In this document: one piece after another, positions 15,844 to 25,500 of the stretch
How positions within the stretch are numbered: position 1 is the stretch's first letter
How the letters are laid out: each line of letters starts with the position of its first letter
Source: an uncultured virus (IMG/VR IMGVR_UViG_3300020057_000339)
Lineage: Duplodnaviria > Heunggongvirae > Uroviricota > Caudoviricetes
DNA length: 64,000 nucleotides
Virus record (IMG/VR): IMGVR_UViG_3300020057_000339
Direction: 5' to 3' (one strand)
The notes under the pieces: model-generated
The model's input: the letters and a program-made list of their open reading frames with translations, nothing else
Databases searched by the model: none
What the model was told of the DNA's origin: nothing
Made by a program: the position numbers and the translations under genes

Positions 15844-17100
15844 ATGAAGATCATTCAATTACAAGCTGAAAACATCAAGCGACTTAAGGCTATTGACATT
15901 ACCCCCACTGATAACGTAGTAGTTATCAGTGGTAAGAATGAAAATGGCAAAACTTCTGTGCTTGACTGTATCTATCTCGCACTCGAATATAGGGCAGCAT
16001 CCAAGAGTAATCCGCAGCCAATACGTCGTGGCGAGAAAAGTGCCGTGACGACTTTGGATCTGGGCGACTATATTGTGACTCGTCGTTTTACTGAGGGCGG
16101 CAGCACTTTAGAAGTTCGTACGCCAGAAGGCAATAAGGTGTCGTCTCCTCAAAAACTACTTGATGGAATGATTGGTGATCTTTCATTCGATCCATGGGAG
16201 TTTGCTAGAAAAACCGAACAAGAGCAGCGTACCATGCTGGCCGACCTCTTGTTTAAGATTACGGATGGCAAGTTGAACTTGGCGGACTTCGACGCCCGCA
16301 TACAAGCGGCCTACGAATCTCGCACCGATGCCAACCGTGAACAGAAACGTCTGGCTAGTTTGTTGGCGAATGTTCGTCCACCAACAGATCAAGATCCAGT
16401 AGAAGAATTGTCTAGCCTAGATCTCACCGTCTCTATCACGGAGGGCGTGGCAGTTAATCAACGCATCAAGGACTTGCAAGCTGAGAACGAGCGTGTTACC
16501 AAGGCGTCCGCAGATGCCCTCCGCGAGATTCAAAGACTACAGGCAGTAGTGAACAATTCCGCCATGATCATGGGAGCGAACACCGCTGAGCTTGGTAAGA
16601 CAGAAGTTATTGACGTTACGTTTTTGCAAAGTCAACTCAAGGACATTGAGAACAACAATCGCCGTGCTCGTGAAGTTATCGAGTATCGTAAGCTACGCAA
16701 GGCACTAGAAGGTGTAGACGCTAACATCACATCGCTGAACGCAAAGATGGAACTGATCGAGATTGAAAAGGCGGAAGCTCTAGAAGCTGCCCCCTTGCCG
16801 GTCAAGGGCTTTACTATCAATGCCGAAGGTGTGCGTATTATCAATGAAGACGGTACAGACGTACCGTTCTGTCAAGCTTCTGCGGCACGCAGACTAAAAA
16901 TCTCGCTTGCTATCGCGATGGCGTCCAATCCAACTTTACGTGTCATTCGCATTACAGACGGTTCGCTACTGGATGACGAGAGTATGGCGGTTATTAATTC
17001 TATGGCCGTTGACAGTGACTTTCAGATCTGGATTGAATACGCCTCACGCAACTCCGAAGATAGAATGGGTGTTTACATCGAAGATGGTCGCGTTGCGTGA
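15844..17100 (+). CDS. SMC/SbcC-like coiled-coil ATPase
   Basis: ENIKRLK, GKNENGKTSVLD Walker A, long coiled coil, C-terminal DGSLLD. Confidence 0.85.
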   Translation: MKIIQLQAENIKRLKAIDITPTDNVVVISGKNENGKTSVLDCIYLALEYRAASKSNPQPIRRGEKSAVTTLDLGDYIVTRRFTEGGSTLEVRTPEGNKVSSPQKLLDGMIGDLSFDPWEFARKTEQEQRTMLADLLFKITDGKLNLADFDARIQAAYESRTDANREQKRLASLLANVRPPTDQDPVEELSSLDLTVSITEGVAVNQRIKDLQAENERVTKASADALREIQRLQAVVNNSAMIMGANTAELGKTEVIDVTFLQSQLKDIENNNRRAREVIEYRKLRKALEGVDANITSLNAKMELIEIEKAEALEAAPLPVKGFTINAEGVRIINEDGTDVPFCQASAARRLKISLAIAMASNPTLRVIRITDGSLLDDESMAVINSMAVDSDFQIWIEYASRNSEDRMGVYIEDGRVA

Positions 17101-17134
17101 TTAGTGTAATCCTTACTTGAAGAGGGCTTGTCTC

Positions 17135-17512
17135 ATGGCAATCAAAATCAATTGGGACCGAGTAAAGCAACTACACGCCGAGCTAGAATCAGATGGCTGG
17201 AAAAACCAGGATAGGGTTATCTTTATCCTGATAGAAAAGGGCGGTAAATCAAAGAAGGTTGTAGTGCAATACAACGAACTACTCAAGTACTTCTGGAATT
17301 TAATCGACAGCGAAGACTTTCATGTGGTAACCTTTGTAGTGCAAAACATAGAAGGACAAGTACTATATCGGCACCGCCAAATAGTGGGTAACGAAGAAGT
17401 GCCAAACGGCGGCAATCTCGACGTGATCTCTCACTGGGCTGCTCTGACAAGCGACGAAAAGAACACGTACATTACAATGCTAGTCGCACAAATTGACTCT
17501 TATGAACGATAA
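17135..17512 (+). CDS. Hypothetical protein
   Basis: ORF with GAGG SD, preceded by TTAGTGTAATC motif. Confidence 0.65.
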   Translation: MAIKINWDRVKQLHAELESDGWKNQDRVIFILIEKGGKSKKVVVQYNELLKYFWNLIDSEDFHVVTFVVQNIEGQVLYRHRQIVGNEEVPNGGNLDVISHWAALTSDEKNTYITMLVAQIDSYER

Positions 17513-18014
17513 AACTTTAGACTCTTTGCCAAAATGTGAATGGGACGCACTGATCAGTGCTATTATACGTCCATTCCTTTCGTACACAAAAAAAGATCCA
17601 CTAATTACGTACGAAGACCTTCAACAAGAGGCATGGGTTGGCCTGCTTAGTGCAGTCAAAAACTATGACTCAACAAAAGCTAAGTTCACGACCTTCGCTT
17701 ATTTATATATGCGTGGACGTATGCTACGCTATGTTCTTGAAAAGACTCGCGTCTCCGTGAATCGTTTAGAGTTTGACGCTACGCTCGAACCCGGCTATGT
17801 AGACAACTCACCCGAAGAAAGCGAGCTTATGGCTTCTATTTTTAGTGCGGTTGCGGAAGAGCCAAACGCACACTTCTTAATCGAGCACTATGTCAAAGGC
17901 AAGTCGTTTCGAAAGATAGCGGAGTCAAGTGACATCTCACATCAGGGTGTGGCTATGCATGTCAAACGACTCGTCAAGTTGCTGGAAAAGAGATTGAGTC
18001 ATGAAAACGCCTAA
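17502..18014 (+). CDS. RNA polymerase sigma factor (sigma70 regions 2 and 4)
   Basis: EDLQQEAWVGLLSAVKNYD..AKFTTFAY; C-terminal HTH SFRKIAE. Confidence 0.85.
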   Translation: MNDKTLDSLPKCEWDALISAIIRPFLSYTKKDPLITYEDLQQEAWVGLLSAVKNYDSTKAKFTTFAYLYMRGRMLRYVLEKTRVSVNRLEFDATLEPGYVDNSPEESELMASIFSAVAEEPNAHFLIEHYVKGKSFRKIAESSDISHQGVAMHVKRLVKLLEKRLSHENA

Positions 18015-18213
18015 GACTATCACTCTTATTGAATGCGGCAAGTGTCGCGGCTGTTACTACGGCGGACAAGTGAAGATCATCCTTAATCCAGGTTCAGAAA
18101 GAGAACAGCCAGATGAAATCTACATCATCACCCGCAAGGTCGCTCAATGCCCAACCTGTAAACAGGGAGATGATCGAACGCATGGTGGCAGACGCAACAA
18201 ATATGAATACTGA
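18001..18213 (+). CDS. Small zinc-finger protein
   Basis: CGKCRGC and CPTC motifs; overlaps neighbours. Confidence 0.6.
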   Translation: MKTPKTITLIECGKCRGCYYGGQVKIILNPGSEREQPDEIYIITRKVAQCPTCKQGDDRTHGGRRNKYEY

Positions 18214-19141
18214 AACGTATATTGCGATCAAGGACTTGAAAGCTGGTCGTTACCGACAGATCTTTCTTGTTCAAAAGGTTACGCAAAATGAAGCCATGCT
18301 AACGACCTCTGGCAATAGATTCGCCAAGGCAACGCTTCGAGATATTACTGGAGAAATTGAAGGTGTCGTATGGAATTACGACAGCACCTTAGTTGAAGGT
18401 CAGTATTATCGTATGGCAGTAGAGTTAAAACCCTACAAGGACGATCTAGAGTTCTCTGTAGACGCCAGTAAGGTCGTTGAGGTAGATACGCCCCTCAATG
18501 TTCACGACTATGTGAAGGGCATGAGTGACGCCGCTCTGGCTGCGTGTGCAGCAGACGTTGAAGAAGCCTTCGAGACAATGACCGATGAGCACTACCGCAA
18601 TGTCGTGGGTAACGCTATTCATCGTCTCGATATGCTACACGCTCTCAAGACGAGCCCCTATGGCTTGAGCGGCCCCCTGGCTTATCGCGGCGGTCTTTTA
18701 GTACACGTCGCTGGCTCGCTACGATTAGCCAAGGTGATGGCCGTACAGGCAAAAGAATCTGAAACCCCCCTGAACATTTCACTGGTCATGGCAGCCTGTA
18801 TCTTCCGCAACATCGGCTGGCACACGTCAACCTGCTATGTGAATGGCCACCTGCGTCCGAAGGACGCATTCTATATGACGGGTATTAATCGTGCAAGTGC
18901 CCGCTATGTGGATCATCTAATGATTCACGTTGAGAATGACCTTGAAATAGAAGTGCCGGAAGCTAAGAAGCAAGCTCTTGAAAACTCTTGCAATGAAATA
19001 ACAGACATCAAGACGATTGAAGGTCGTATCGCAGCATCAGCCGATTCCATGATGAACTTACTTCACTTCGGTGGAGACGCACTGCGAAGAAAGACTAAGG
19101 GTAATTGGACTAACGAGTTGTTCACGGGACATAATGTATGA
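18203..19141 (+). CDS. YhaM/Cbf1-like OB-fold + degenerate HD-domain protein
   Basis: LRDITGEIEGVVW OB fold; AYRGGLLVH; IFRNIG where LHDIG is expected. Confidence 0.75.
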   Translation: MNTETYIAIKDLKAGRYRQIFLVQKVTQNEAMLTTSGNRFAKATLRDITGEIEGVVWNYDSTLVEGQYYRMAVELKPYKDDLEFSVDASKVVEVDTPLNVHDYVKGMSDAALAACAADVEEAFETMTDEHYRNVVGNAIHRLDMLHALKTSPYGLSGPLAYRGGLLVHVAGSLRLAKVMAVQAKESETPLNISLVMAACIFRNIGWHTSTCYVNGHLRPKDAFYMTGINRASARYVDHLMIHVENDLEIEVPEAKKQALENSCNEITDIKTIEGRIAASADSMMNLLHFGGDALRRKTKGNWTNELFTGHNV

Positions 19142-19737
19142 ATGCTCGGCTTGATGCTTTTCAAGAACAGATGTCTTCGTGCGGATCTTGCGACCTATGC
19201 AAAACCCGCACAAAGGTTGTATTCGGATCGGGCTCACACGAACCATTGATTTTGATTGTTGGCGAAGCCCCTGGCGAAGAAGAGGACTTGGAGGGCGTTC
19301 CTTTTCTGGGAAAAGCTGGACAAAAATTAGACTCAATCCTTAGTTACCTTGGCGTGACACGTCAAGATGTCTATATCACAAACACGGTTCTATGTCGTAC
19401 ACCTAATGACAGAACGCCTCGAAAAGAAGAAATGGACTCGTGTAAATGGCGGCTCGACCTACAGATCAGGTTGCTGCGTCCCAAGTTAATAGTATTGCTT
19501 GGACGATCTGCACTTGAACAATTTAAAGGCGAGCCAATTAAGGGTGCATTGAATCGGTTTTTTTTTGATAAGCTGTCCAATAAAGACGGCTGGCTGAATT
19601 ACACTGTAGATGGCTACGCTTCCAAGGTTATTGTGACTTACCACCCATCGTTTCACTTGAAAAGTCCTGAAAAGGCTTACCGTGAAACGCTGTCACACTG
19701 GCGAAAGATCAAGTATTGGGTTGAAGAACATGGATAG
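19138..19737 (+). CDS. Uracil-DNA glycosylase family 4
   Basis: CxxCxLC, VGEAPG.EED..G.PF.G.AG, TNTVLCR, TYHPS. Confidence 0.92.
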   Translation: MNARLDAFQEQMSSCGSCDLCKTRTKVVFGSGSHEPLILIVGEAPGEEEDLEGVPFLGKAGQKLDSILSYLGVTRQDVYITNTVLCRTPNDRTPRKEEMDSCKWRLDLQIRLLRPKLIVLLGRSALEQFKGEPIKGALNRFFFDKLSNKDGWLNYTVDGYASKVIVTYHPSFHLKSPEKAYRETLSHWRKIKYWVEEHG

Positions 19738-20506
19738 ACTCGAAGCCACTCGCCACGCCGGGGAAATCAATCGCATGGCTATTGAATTAGGATTTAGCCA
19801 TGCCGTTCCGGGCACAACTCTCTTAGAGATTAACGACGCGATAGAGCAACACTTCGCTATATTTGGATGCGTACCAATCTTTAAAGGCTATCGCGGATTC
19901 ACAGGAGTCTGCTGCTTATCGCCTAACGATGTTATCGTACACGGCGTCCCGAACAACTACGTTCTAAAAGACGGCGATCTACTCACCGTAGACGTTGGCT
20001 GTAGCTATGAAGGATGGTGTGTGGACTCTGCACGCACCCGCATCGTTTCTGATGTAACACACCCTACATTTTTTCCTTTTCAAGAACGTCTCATTACTGC
20101 CGTAGAGAGTGTATTGGAAGCTGAGATTTCTGTGCTTAAAGATGGCGTTAGTTTACTTGAAATAGCTAAAATTGCTGAGGCTAGAGCCACTGCATTAGGC
20201 GTCAATATATGTCTTGCTTGGGGTGGTCATAAGATAGGGCGAACATTACATGAAGTGCCCTTTATCCCCAATGGAATAGATAGATCGCTCTCTAAGATTA
20301 AGCAGTGGCAACTTGAAAGAGAGTATGCTGCGTATAAGTTTAAGACCGGCGATATTATTTGTCTCGAACCAGTTGTGACATTCGGATCAACAGAGTTTGT
20401 GATTGGTGATGATGGCTGGACGGCACGCTCTAAAGACGGATCATTGGTTGCTCATTCGGAACGATGCTTGCTCGTGTTAGATAGTGGCCATGAGGTCATT
20501 TCATGA
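19730..20506 (+). CDS. map: Methionine aminopeptidase type I
   Basis: FKGYRGF, SPNDVIVHGVP, VDVG, DSART, GHKIG..LHE, LEP, AHSE. Confidence 0.92.
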   Translation: MDRLEATRHAGEINRMAIELGFSHAVPGTTLLEINDAIEQHFAIFGCVPIFKGYRGFTGVCCLSPNDVIVHGVPNNYVLKDGDLLTVDVGCSYEGWCVDSARTRIVSDVTHPTFFPFQERLITAVESVLEAEISVLKDGVSLLEIAKIAEARATALGVNICLAWGGHKIGRTLHEVPFIPNGIDRSLSKIKQWQLEREYAAYKFKTGDIICLEPVVTFGSTEFVIGDDGWTARSKDGSLVAHSERCLLVLDSGHEVIS

Positions 20507-20578
20507 ATATTCACTTGACAACCGTGCGTCATGTTGTCAAGATTGTAAGTACACAAAGACACCTGACCAGTTTATAGA

Positions 20579-21196
20579 ATGGATCAATCGAGTATGGAAT
20601 CATCAACACAAGAATCAGTGATAATCACGCCCCAAGATCAAGAACGCTGGCCCTTGCTTGAAGGTGCGTCGCAACCATGTAGCTTACCCATCAATGATAC
20701 TGATGCAGCCGTCATTGGCAAAATGGATGCTGTCCTTGATGTGCTTGGAGAACAAGCCGCAGGTTTAGCCGCCGTACAGGTGGGCTATCCTAAACGGATC
20801 TTCTTGCTTCGCGAAAAGGGCGTGAATCGTGCATTCATTAATCCGGTAGTTATCTCGCGTAGTCGCGAGACGAAGAAGGACGGCGAAGCATGCCTGTCAC
20901 TTCCTGGATTTAGTGCAATGATTAAAAGACCAAAGCAAATTACTCTTCAATATCACGAGCTTGACGGCGAGGTCAAGACGGAAGTATTCAAGGGTTTTTG
21001 GGCAAGATGTGTGATGCATGAAATGGACCACTTGAATGGTACGATCATTGCTCATCACCTTGAGAATGAAATGTCAGCACAAGTTAGCCAAACGAAGTTT
21101 GGCATGAAGCTTACCCCCCACCGTCGCAAGGTTATTGCGGATCGTCGTGCCCAAAACAAGAAAACAAAAGCTTCTCGTAGGGCCAATAGAGGATGA
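20579..21196 (+). CDS. def: Peptide deformylase
   Basis: GLAAVQVG, EACLSLPG, HEMDHLNG. Confidence 0.93.
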   Translation: MDQSSMESSTQESVIITPQDQERWPLLEGASQPCSLPINDTDAAVIGKMDAVLDVLGEQAAGLAAVQVGYPKRIFLLREKGVNRAFINPVVISRSRETKKDGEACLSLPGFSAMIKRPKQITLQYHELDGEVKTEVFKGFWARCVMHEMDHLNGTIIAHHLENEMSAQVSQTKFGMKLTPHRRKVIADRRAQNKKTKASRRANRG

Positions 21197-21199
21197 TAG

Positions 21200-21889
21200 A
21201 TGCAAAAAAGTGAAGTCCGATTTGTTCCCGCTCAACCAGCACCAGGACAAGAAGAGTATCAAGATTCACTAGATCGAAACATTATCACTATTTGTAACGG
21301 CTATGCCGGTACAGGAAAGACATTCTTGGCGGTCAATAAGGCATTGACCATGATGATGAATGCCCCCAAAAGAGGCGGCATTCAACGTATTGTGATCGTT
21401 CGTCCATATATTCAATCCAATACTGGAGAAAAACTTGGTGCTCTGCCGGGTACAGTTGATGAAAAGGTGACGCCGTATGTTCTAGGTCTAAGAGACAACA
21501 TGCGTCTTATGTTTCAAAATGAACAAGACATTGACAACATCGTTCGTGACAAGTTTGAGTTCACGGTCTTAAGTCTGTGCCGTGGACGCTCATTCAACAA
21601 CTGCTTCATTATCGTAGAGGAAGCACAAAACGTTCCTCTGGATGGTGACGCTATGAAGATGTTACTTACTAGAGTTGGTAAGCATTCCAAGCTAGTAATT
21701 GCTGGCGATATGGATCAGTGCGACATTCGTCCAGAAAATAGTGCTTTGATTGAGGCAATCAACATACTGGATGGGGTACCAGGAGTGGGTGTAATCTCAA
21801 TGGAGAATATTGAGACGGTTCAACGCTCACCAATCGTTAAGGAAGTTCTTCGTAGATACGAAGCATACAGAAGTCAGGACTTACCGTAA
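21200..21889 (+). CDS. phoH: PhoH family ATPase
   Basis: GYAGTGKTFLA, LGALPG, RGRSF, EEAQN, LLTRVG, GDMDQCD. Confidence 0.92.
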   Translation: MQKSEVRFVPAQPAPGQEEYQDSLDRNIITICNGYAGTGKTFLAVNKALTMMMNAPKRGGIQRIVIVRPYIQSNTGEKLGALPGTVDEKVTPYVLGLRDNMRLMFQNEQDIDNIVRDKFEFTVLSLCRGRSFNNCFIIVEEAQNVPLDGDAMKMLLTRVGKHSKLVIAGDMDQCDIRPENSALIEAINILDGVPGVGVISMENIETVQRSPIVKEVLRRYEAYRSQDLP

Positions 21890-22455
21890 TGGCAAGACGT
21901 GTTGTTCAAGAATGTGATTTAACCAAGCAGGAATATGATCCCGCCGATACAGTCACGTTGGTTATAAAGAAAAGTGGCAAGAAGACTGGTCGCACATACG
22001 AACTCTCTGCGGCAGCAGCCGCAAAACTTGAGCAACAGCTTGTCTCAGGCGACTTGTTGCCTGAGGGCTGGGACTTTGTTGGCGGTGCCCGCCAGAGCCA
22101 TTCCGAAAATCCAGGTCAGCGTACACTTGCCGACCTGGATGAAGACGATGCTAGTTTTGTTGCTGCAAAGAAACGAGAGATGGTCGATACAAGTCCTCGT
22201 GAAATATCAGAAGATCAAGATATCATTTTGCCAGGAATGGCAGTAGATGGTAGTAAATGTTTACACATCAATAAAAGTCCCATCAGTATAACCATGGAGA
22301 ATGGTAAACGTCATATCTACCGTACGTGTAGAGACTGCCGTAAGCGTATCAATGAAAAAACAGTAGAAGAAAAGACGGCGTTCTTGAGTGCAAAGGCTCC
22401 AGCCGACACCCGAGAAGGTCACAGTCCAGTAGCTCGAAAGAAGAATGAATCATGA
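21889..22455 (+). CDS. Hypothetical protein with Lsr2-like N-terminus and Zn-binding C-terminal part
   Basis: MARRVVQECDLT..DTVTL..TYELSAAAAAKL; CLH..CRDC. Confidence 0.55.
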   Translation: MARRVVQECDLTKQEYDPADTVTLVIKKSGKKTGRTYELSAAAAAKLEQQLVSGDLLPEGWDFVGGARQSHSENPGQRTLADLDEDDASFVAAKKREMVDTSPREISEDQDIILPGMAVDGSKCLHINKSPISITMENGKRHIYRTCRDCRKRINEKTVEEKTAFLSAKAPADTREGHSPVARKKNES

Positions 22456-22982
22456 AGAAAATTGTAACAGTGTTGGTATTTTGTGCCGCTCTCTCAAGCG
22501 GCTTCGTATCGTGCGTCAACACCGGAGGGATTGGAGTTAAGCCGCTTGAAGAGATGACCGAGCTTGAATACGGCAAGTGGAAGCTGTACATTCAGTTGGG
22601 CGTGAAGATTGGTTCTAACCGCATTCTACAGGAGGGCCTCGTCACTCATAATCAACTCGGTGTTGTGGCCGCAATCATTGATGGCATTAAGGGCGAACCC
22701 ATTGCCGGTGGAGTGAAGTCCTTGATTGTTCCGGCTCTTCGTAAGGCTGGCTTTGATAATGATGAAGTTGAATTCATCTTGCTTGTTGTCGAACAAGAAT
22801 TGCTAGCTCGTGGTGCCCTGGAATGGTTGAATCCCGAGACGCATATGCTTGAACTCTCGCCACGTACCCAAGAAGTACTGACTATTGTTGCTGACGCTCT
22901 ACGCACTGCTGGCGTAGTCACGCCAGTCGAGCAAGCACGGGCCACGGAAATGAAGGCTGACTTCTGTCGTTTGGCACAATGA
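22452..22982 (+). CDS. Secreted or lipoprotein-like hypothetical protein
   Basis: MKKIVTVLVFCAALSSGFVSC signal-like N-terminus. Confidence 0.65.
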   Translation: MKKIVTVLVFCAALSSGFVSCVNTGGIGVKPLEEMTELEYGKWKLYIQLGVKIGSNRILQEGLVTHNQLGVVAAIIDGIKGEPIAGGVKSLIVPALRKAGFDNDEVEFILLVVEQELLARGALEWLNPETHMLELSPRTQEVLTIVADALRTAGVVTPVEQARATEMKADFCRLAQ

Positions 22983-23485
22983 TCACGGTCTTCGTTACCA
23001 AAGATGGTTACTATGTTGCTGGGGAAGGCGTTGAAGCTAGCTTCAAATGCACCCCGGCAACGGATGAACGTGGCCGTCCTATCTTTAATGAGATTCACCA
23101 CACCTATAAGGTGTTGTTTCTAGCCCTCAAGGAAGTGGCTCGAAAACAAGGCATTCAGGGTGACGTGATGGTATACAACGACTCGCGAATCATAGATGAA
23201 CTCAACAGTCAGGTCTCGCCGCTCGACGATACTTGTCGCAGGTGGCAACAAGCTATTCGTCGTGAATTGGTGCCCACTATTCGATCGCTCGTCTTCTTTC
23301 GCAAGAAGACAGCCGAATATGTTAAGGCAAAGGTTAGGGACGGGGAGGTTCTATTGGCTCCCAAGGACCACTCAAAGGTTAGTGAGTTGGCTGCCAAACT
23401 AGATGAGATAGATAAAGATCAAGCACGCTCATTAAAGAGACGTACTATCAACCGCTTTAAAAGAATGTGGAAAAATGAACAGTAA
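22979..23485 (+). CDS. Hypothetical protein, possible degenerate RNase H fold
   Basis: VMVYNDSRIIDELN resembles the RNase HI DS motif; other acidic residues not evident. Confidence 0.5.
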   Translation: MITVFVTKDGYYVAGEGVEASFKCTPATDERGRPIFNEIHHTYKVLFLALKEVARKQGIQGDVMVYNDSRIIDELNSQVSPLDDTCRRWQQAIRRELVPTIRSLVFFRKKTAEYVKAKVRDGEVLLAPKDHSKVSELAAKLDEIDKDQARSLKRRTINRFKRMWKNEQ

Positions 23486-23714
23486 TGACAATGGACTCAC
23501 GCTGGATCGTATTCTGCGTGAACGCTTGGAGCAATTCAATGTACCACAGGAGGTGCGTGCAAGTCTCAGGACTGAGATCATGTCCTTCTTTGGACGCCCA
23601 GAACGTAAACCCTTTGGTGCGTGCGTAATGACGCCCGAAGCGAGTGTAGCTGCGGACAAAGAAAGGGTCGAGAAGCGAGGCGATCCTAACAACGCCAAAC
23701 CAAACATCGTGTAA
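23475..23714 (+). CDS. Hypothetical protein
   Basis: Last ORF of the + arm, overlaps the previous gene. Confidence 0.6.
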   Translation: MNSNDNGLTLDRILRERLEQFNVPQEVRASLRTEIMSFFGRPERKPFGACVMTPEASVAADKERVEKRGDPNNAKPNIV

Positions 23715-23718
23715 ACAA

Positions 23719-23743
23719 TCGGGGCCGCTTATCGCGGCCCCGA
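23719..23743. terminator. Terminator hairpin between convergent arms
   Basis: TCGGGGCCGC-TTATC-GCGGCCCCGA perfect 10-bp stem between convergent stops. Confidence 0.8.
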
Positions 23744-23749
23744 GTGTTT

Positions 23750-24049
23750 CTATTCTTGCTTCTTATCTTCTAGCCTAAGTAGAGTATTATTCATTGAATC
23801 AAGACAGGTAGTTAGCTTGGCGAGCAACTCTGTGTTACCCTTAACGAGACAAATATATTCCATGATCATCTCTTTGTAGTTGGCAACTTGACCAGACTGA
23901 TAAGAGTCTGCTGCACGCTCAAGCTCTGTGATACGCACGTCAGCGTCCTTCTTGTTCTTCCATAGAAGCCACAATAGTCCACCAAAAGCCGCACCAGTAA
24001 AGCCGTAGCTTTCAATTAATGTTTTTGCCGTGTCTAATACAGCGTCCAT
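23750..24049 (-). CDS. Membrane protein, holin-like
   Basis: One N-terminal TM segment (YGFTGAAFGGLLWLLW) then coiled coil; follows virion genes. Confidence 0.55.
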   Translation of the reverse strand: MDAVLDTAKTLIESYGFTGAAFGGLLWLLWKNKKDADVRITELERAADSYQSGQVANYKEMIMEYICLVKGNTELLAKLTTCLDSMNNTLLRLEDKKQE

Positions 24050-25434
24050 TATGTTACTTTCAGTCTCACAGTACTGATACCTCTTTGTGGACCAAGATAC
24101 TCTACAATAACATTGCACAATCTTTGGCCGAATCGTACAGAGTTTGGTGGCACAGGAGCCAATGGTAAATAACCAAAAATATTGAGCACTTCGCCACTGT
24201 TAACATCAATAATAGATTGTCCATGTGCCGTATTAATGGGAGATGCTGAATCTCTAACAGTAGAAAAAGCATTGCCGCCAATAATTTTAAATGTTTGACC
24301 CCAAATATCATTAATGCGAATCTCTATGTTAACTTGTTGAGCAAGTTCGCCAGCAGTTTTTTCTAGCGAAGCCGCATACAAAATCTTATAAAGGCCAGGA
24401 ACAAGAACTTGAATACCACTGCCAGCAATAGACTTTAAAAATCTATCTGGTACTGATTGTGATGGATCTAAAAACGGCACATTCAAGCCGGTTTCAGTTA
24501 TTGCATTTGAAGCAAAGATATTAAAAAACTGAGATACACCAGACGCAGTACGTATTGCAACCGTTCCAGAACCACCACAGTGTAACCAAAGTGTTGGTAT
24601 ACCGGCAGACTTGGCGGCAATCATGTTTTGTCCAGTGATAGACGCAACAAAAGGATTGTCAAGATTCAAACCATGACTCATCAAGACAAGAGTGCCTGGC
24701 TTTTGAAATTCTGTTGGAGATCTAAGTAGACCTAACATTTCAATATGTCCCAAACTATCTTCTGCGGTTTCAAGACGTAATGGTACAGCAGTCTGACCAG
24801 AGATTAGTACAGGTCCGCCATCAAGTGATCTTGTGATGATAGAGCGGCCAGCTACGTACGCCTGTTGTAATGTTGTAGTGCTACTAGCAATCATTTGAGC
24901 AACGTTGCCCGAATGTGCAATCGGCCAGAAGCCATCATTGAATGGTCCGCCAGTATTTGAGTGACTAGCTTTTACATACCAAGCTTGATGAGGACCAAAC
25001 TCGTAATGTAGGACGCCGCTATTATTAAAAACGCTTATAACAGTATCGCTATTTGTTATAACGCCAATGTCGCTATTAAGACTTAAAAGCGTTAAAGTGC
25101 CGCTTGCAGTAAGACGCAAGTCTCCTCTTGGTGTCTCAATATACGCAGCTTCTAATACTGGTTGTGCTGCATTGCCACCAATTTCCAACGGAAAATTATT
25201 CCCGCCATTAAAAGAAAATGAAAAAGATGGAGCATGTGCATTATAAAGTCCCTTGCCCGTATCTAATCTAATGATACCAGAATTATCAATAAGTGAACTA
25301 TGAAATATACCACTGTCCATATGTACATGAGCGAATGGACGTATCGCTCCGGTAAAGCCACCATTACGCATCTCCGCACCCAAAGATGCAGAGCCACTAA
25401 CTTGCGGCCACAAATCTCCTACTTCTCTTGCCAT
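24049..25434 (-). CDS. Probable virion fibre/structural protein
   Basis: G/S-rich beta-type sequence; N-terminal module shared with 25501 and 26201 genes; C-terminal BclA/C1q-like pattern (VLVPGLYKILY). Confidence 0.6.
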   Translation of the reverse strand: MAREVGDLWPQVSGSASLGAEMRNGGFTGAIRPFAHVHMDSGIFHSSLIDNSGIIRLDTGKGLYNAHAPSFSFSFNGGNNFPLEIGGNAAQPVLEAAYIETPRGDLRLTASGTLTLLSLNSDIGVITNSDTVISVFNNSGVLHYEFGPHQAWYVKASHSNTGGPFNDGFWPIAHSGNVAQMIASSTTTLQQAYVAGRSIITRSLDGGPVLISGQTAVPLRLETAEDSLGHIEMLGLLRSPTEFQKPGTLVLMSHGLNLDNPFVASITGQNMIAAKSAGIPTLWLHCGGSGTVAIRTASGVSQFFNIFASNAITETGLNVPFLDPSQSVPDRFLKSIAGSGIQVLVPGLYKILYAASLEKTAGELAQQVNIEIRINDIWGQTFKIIGGNAFSTVRDSASPINTAHGQSIIDVNSGEVLNIFGYLPLAPVPPNSVRFGQRLCNVIVEYLGPQRGISTVRLKVT

Positions 25435-25500
25435 TATTTAAGTCTCTTTATAAGTAGTTGTGATGCACCAACACCAGTAATTATTATTGCCATTTTCATT

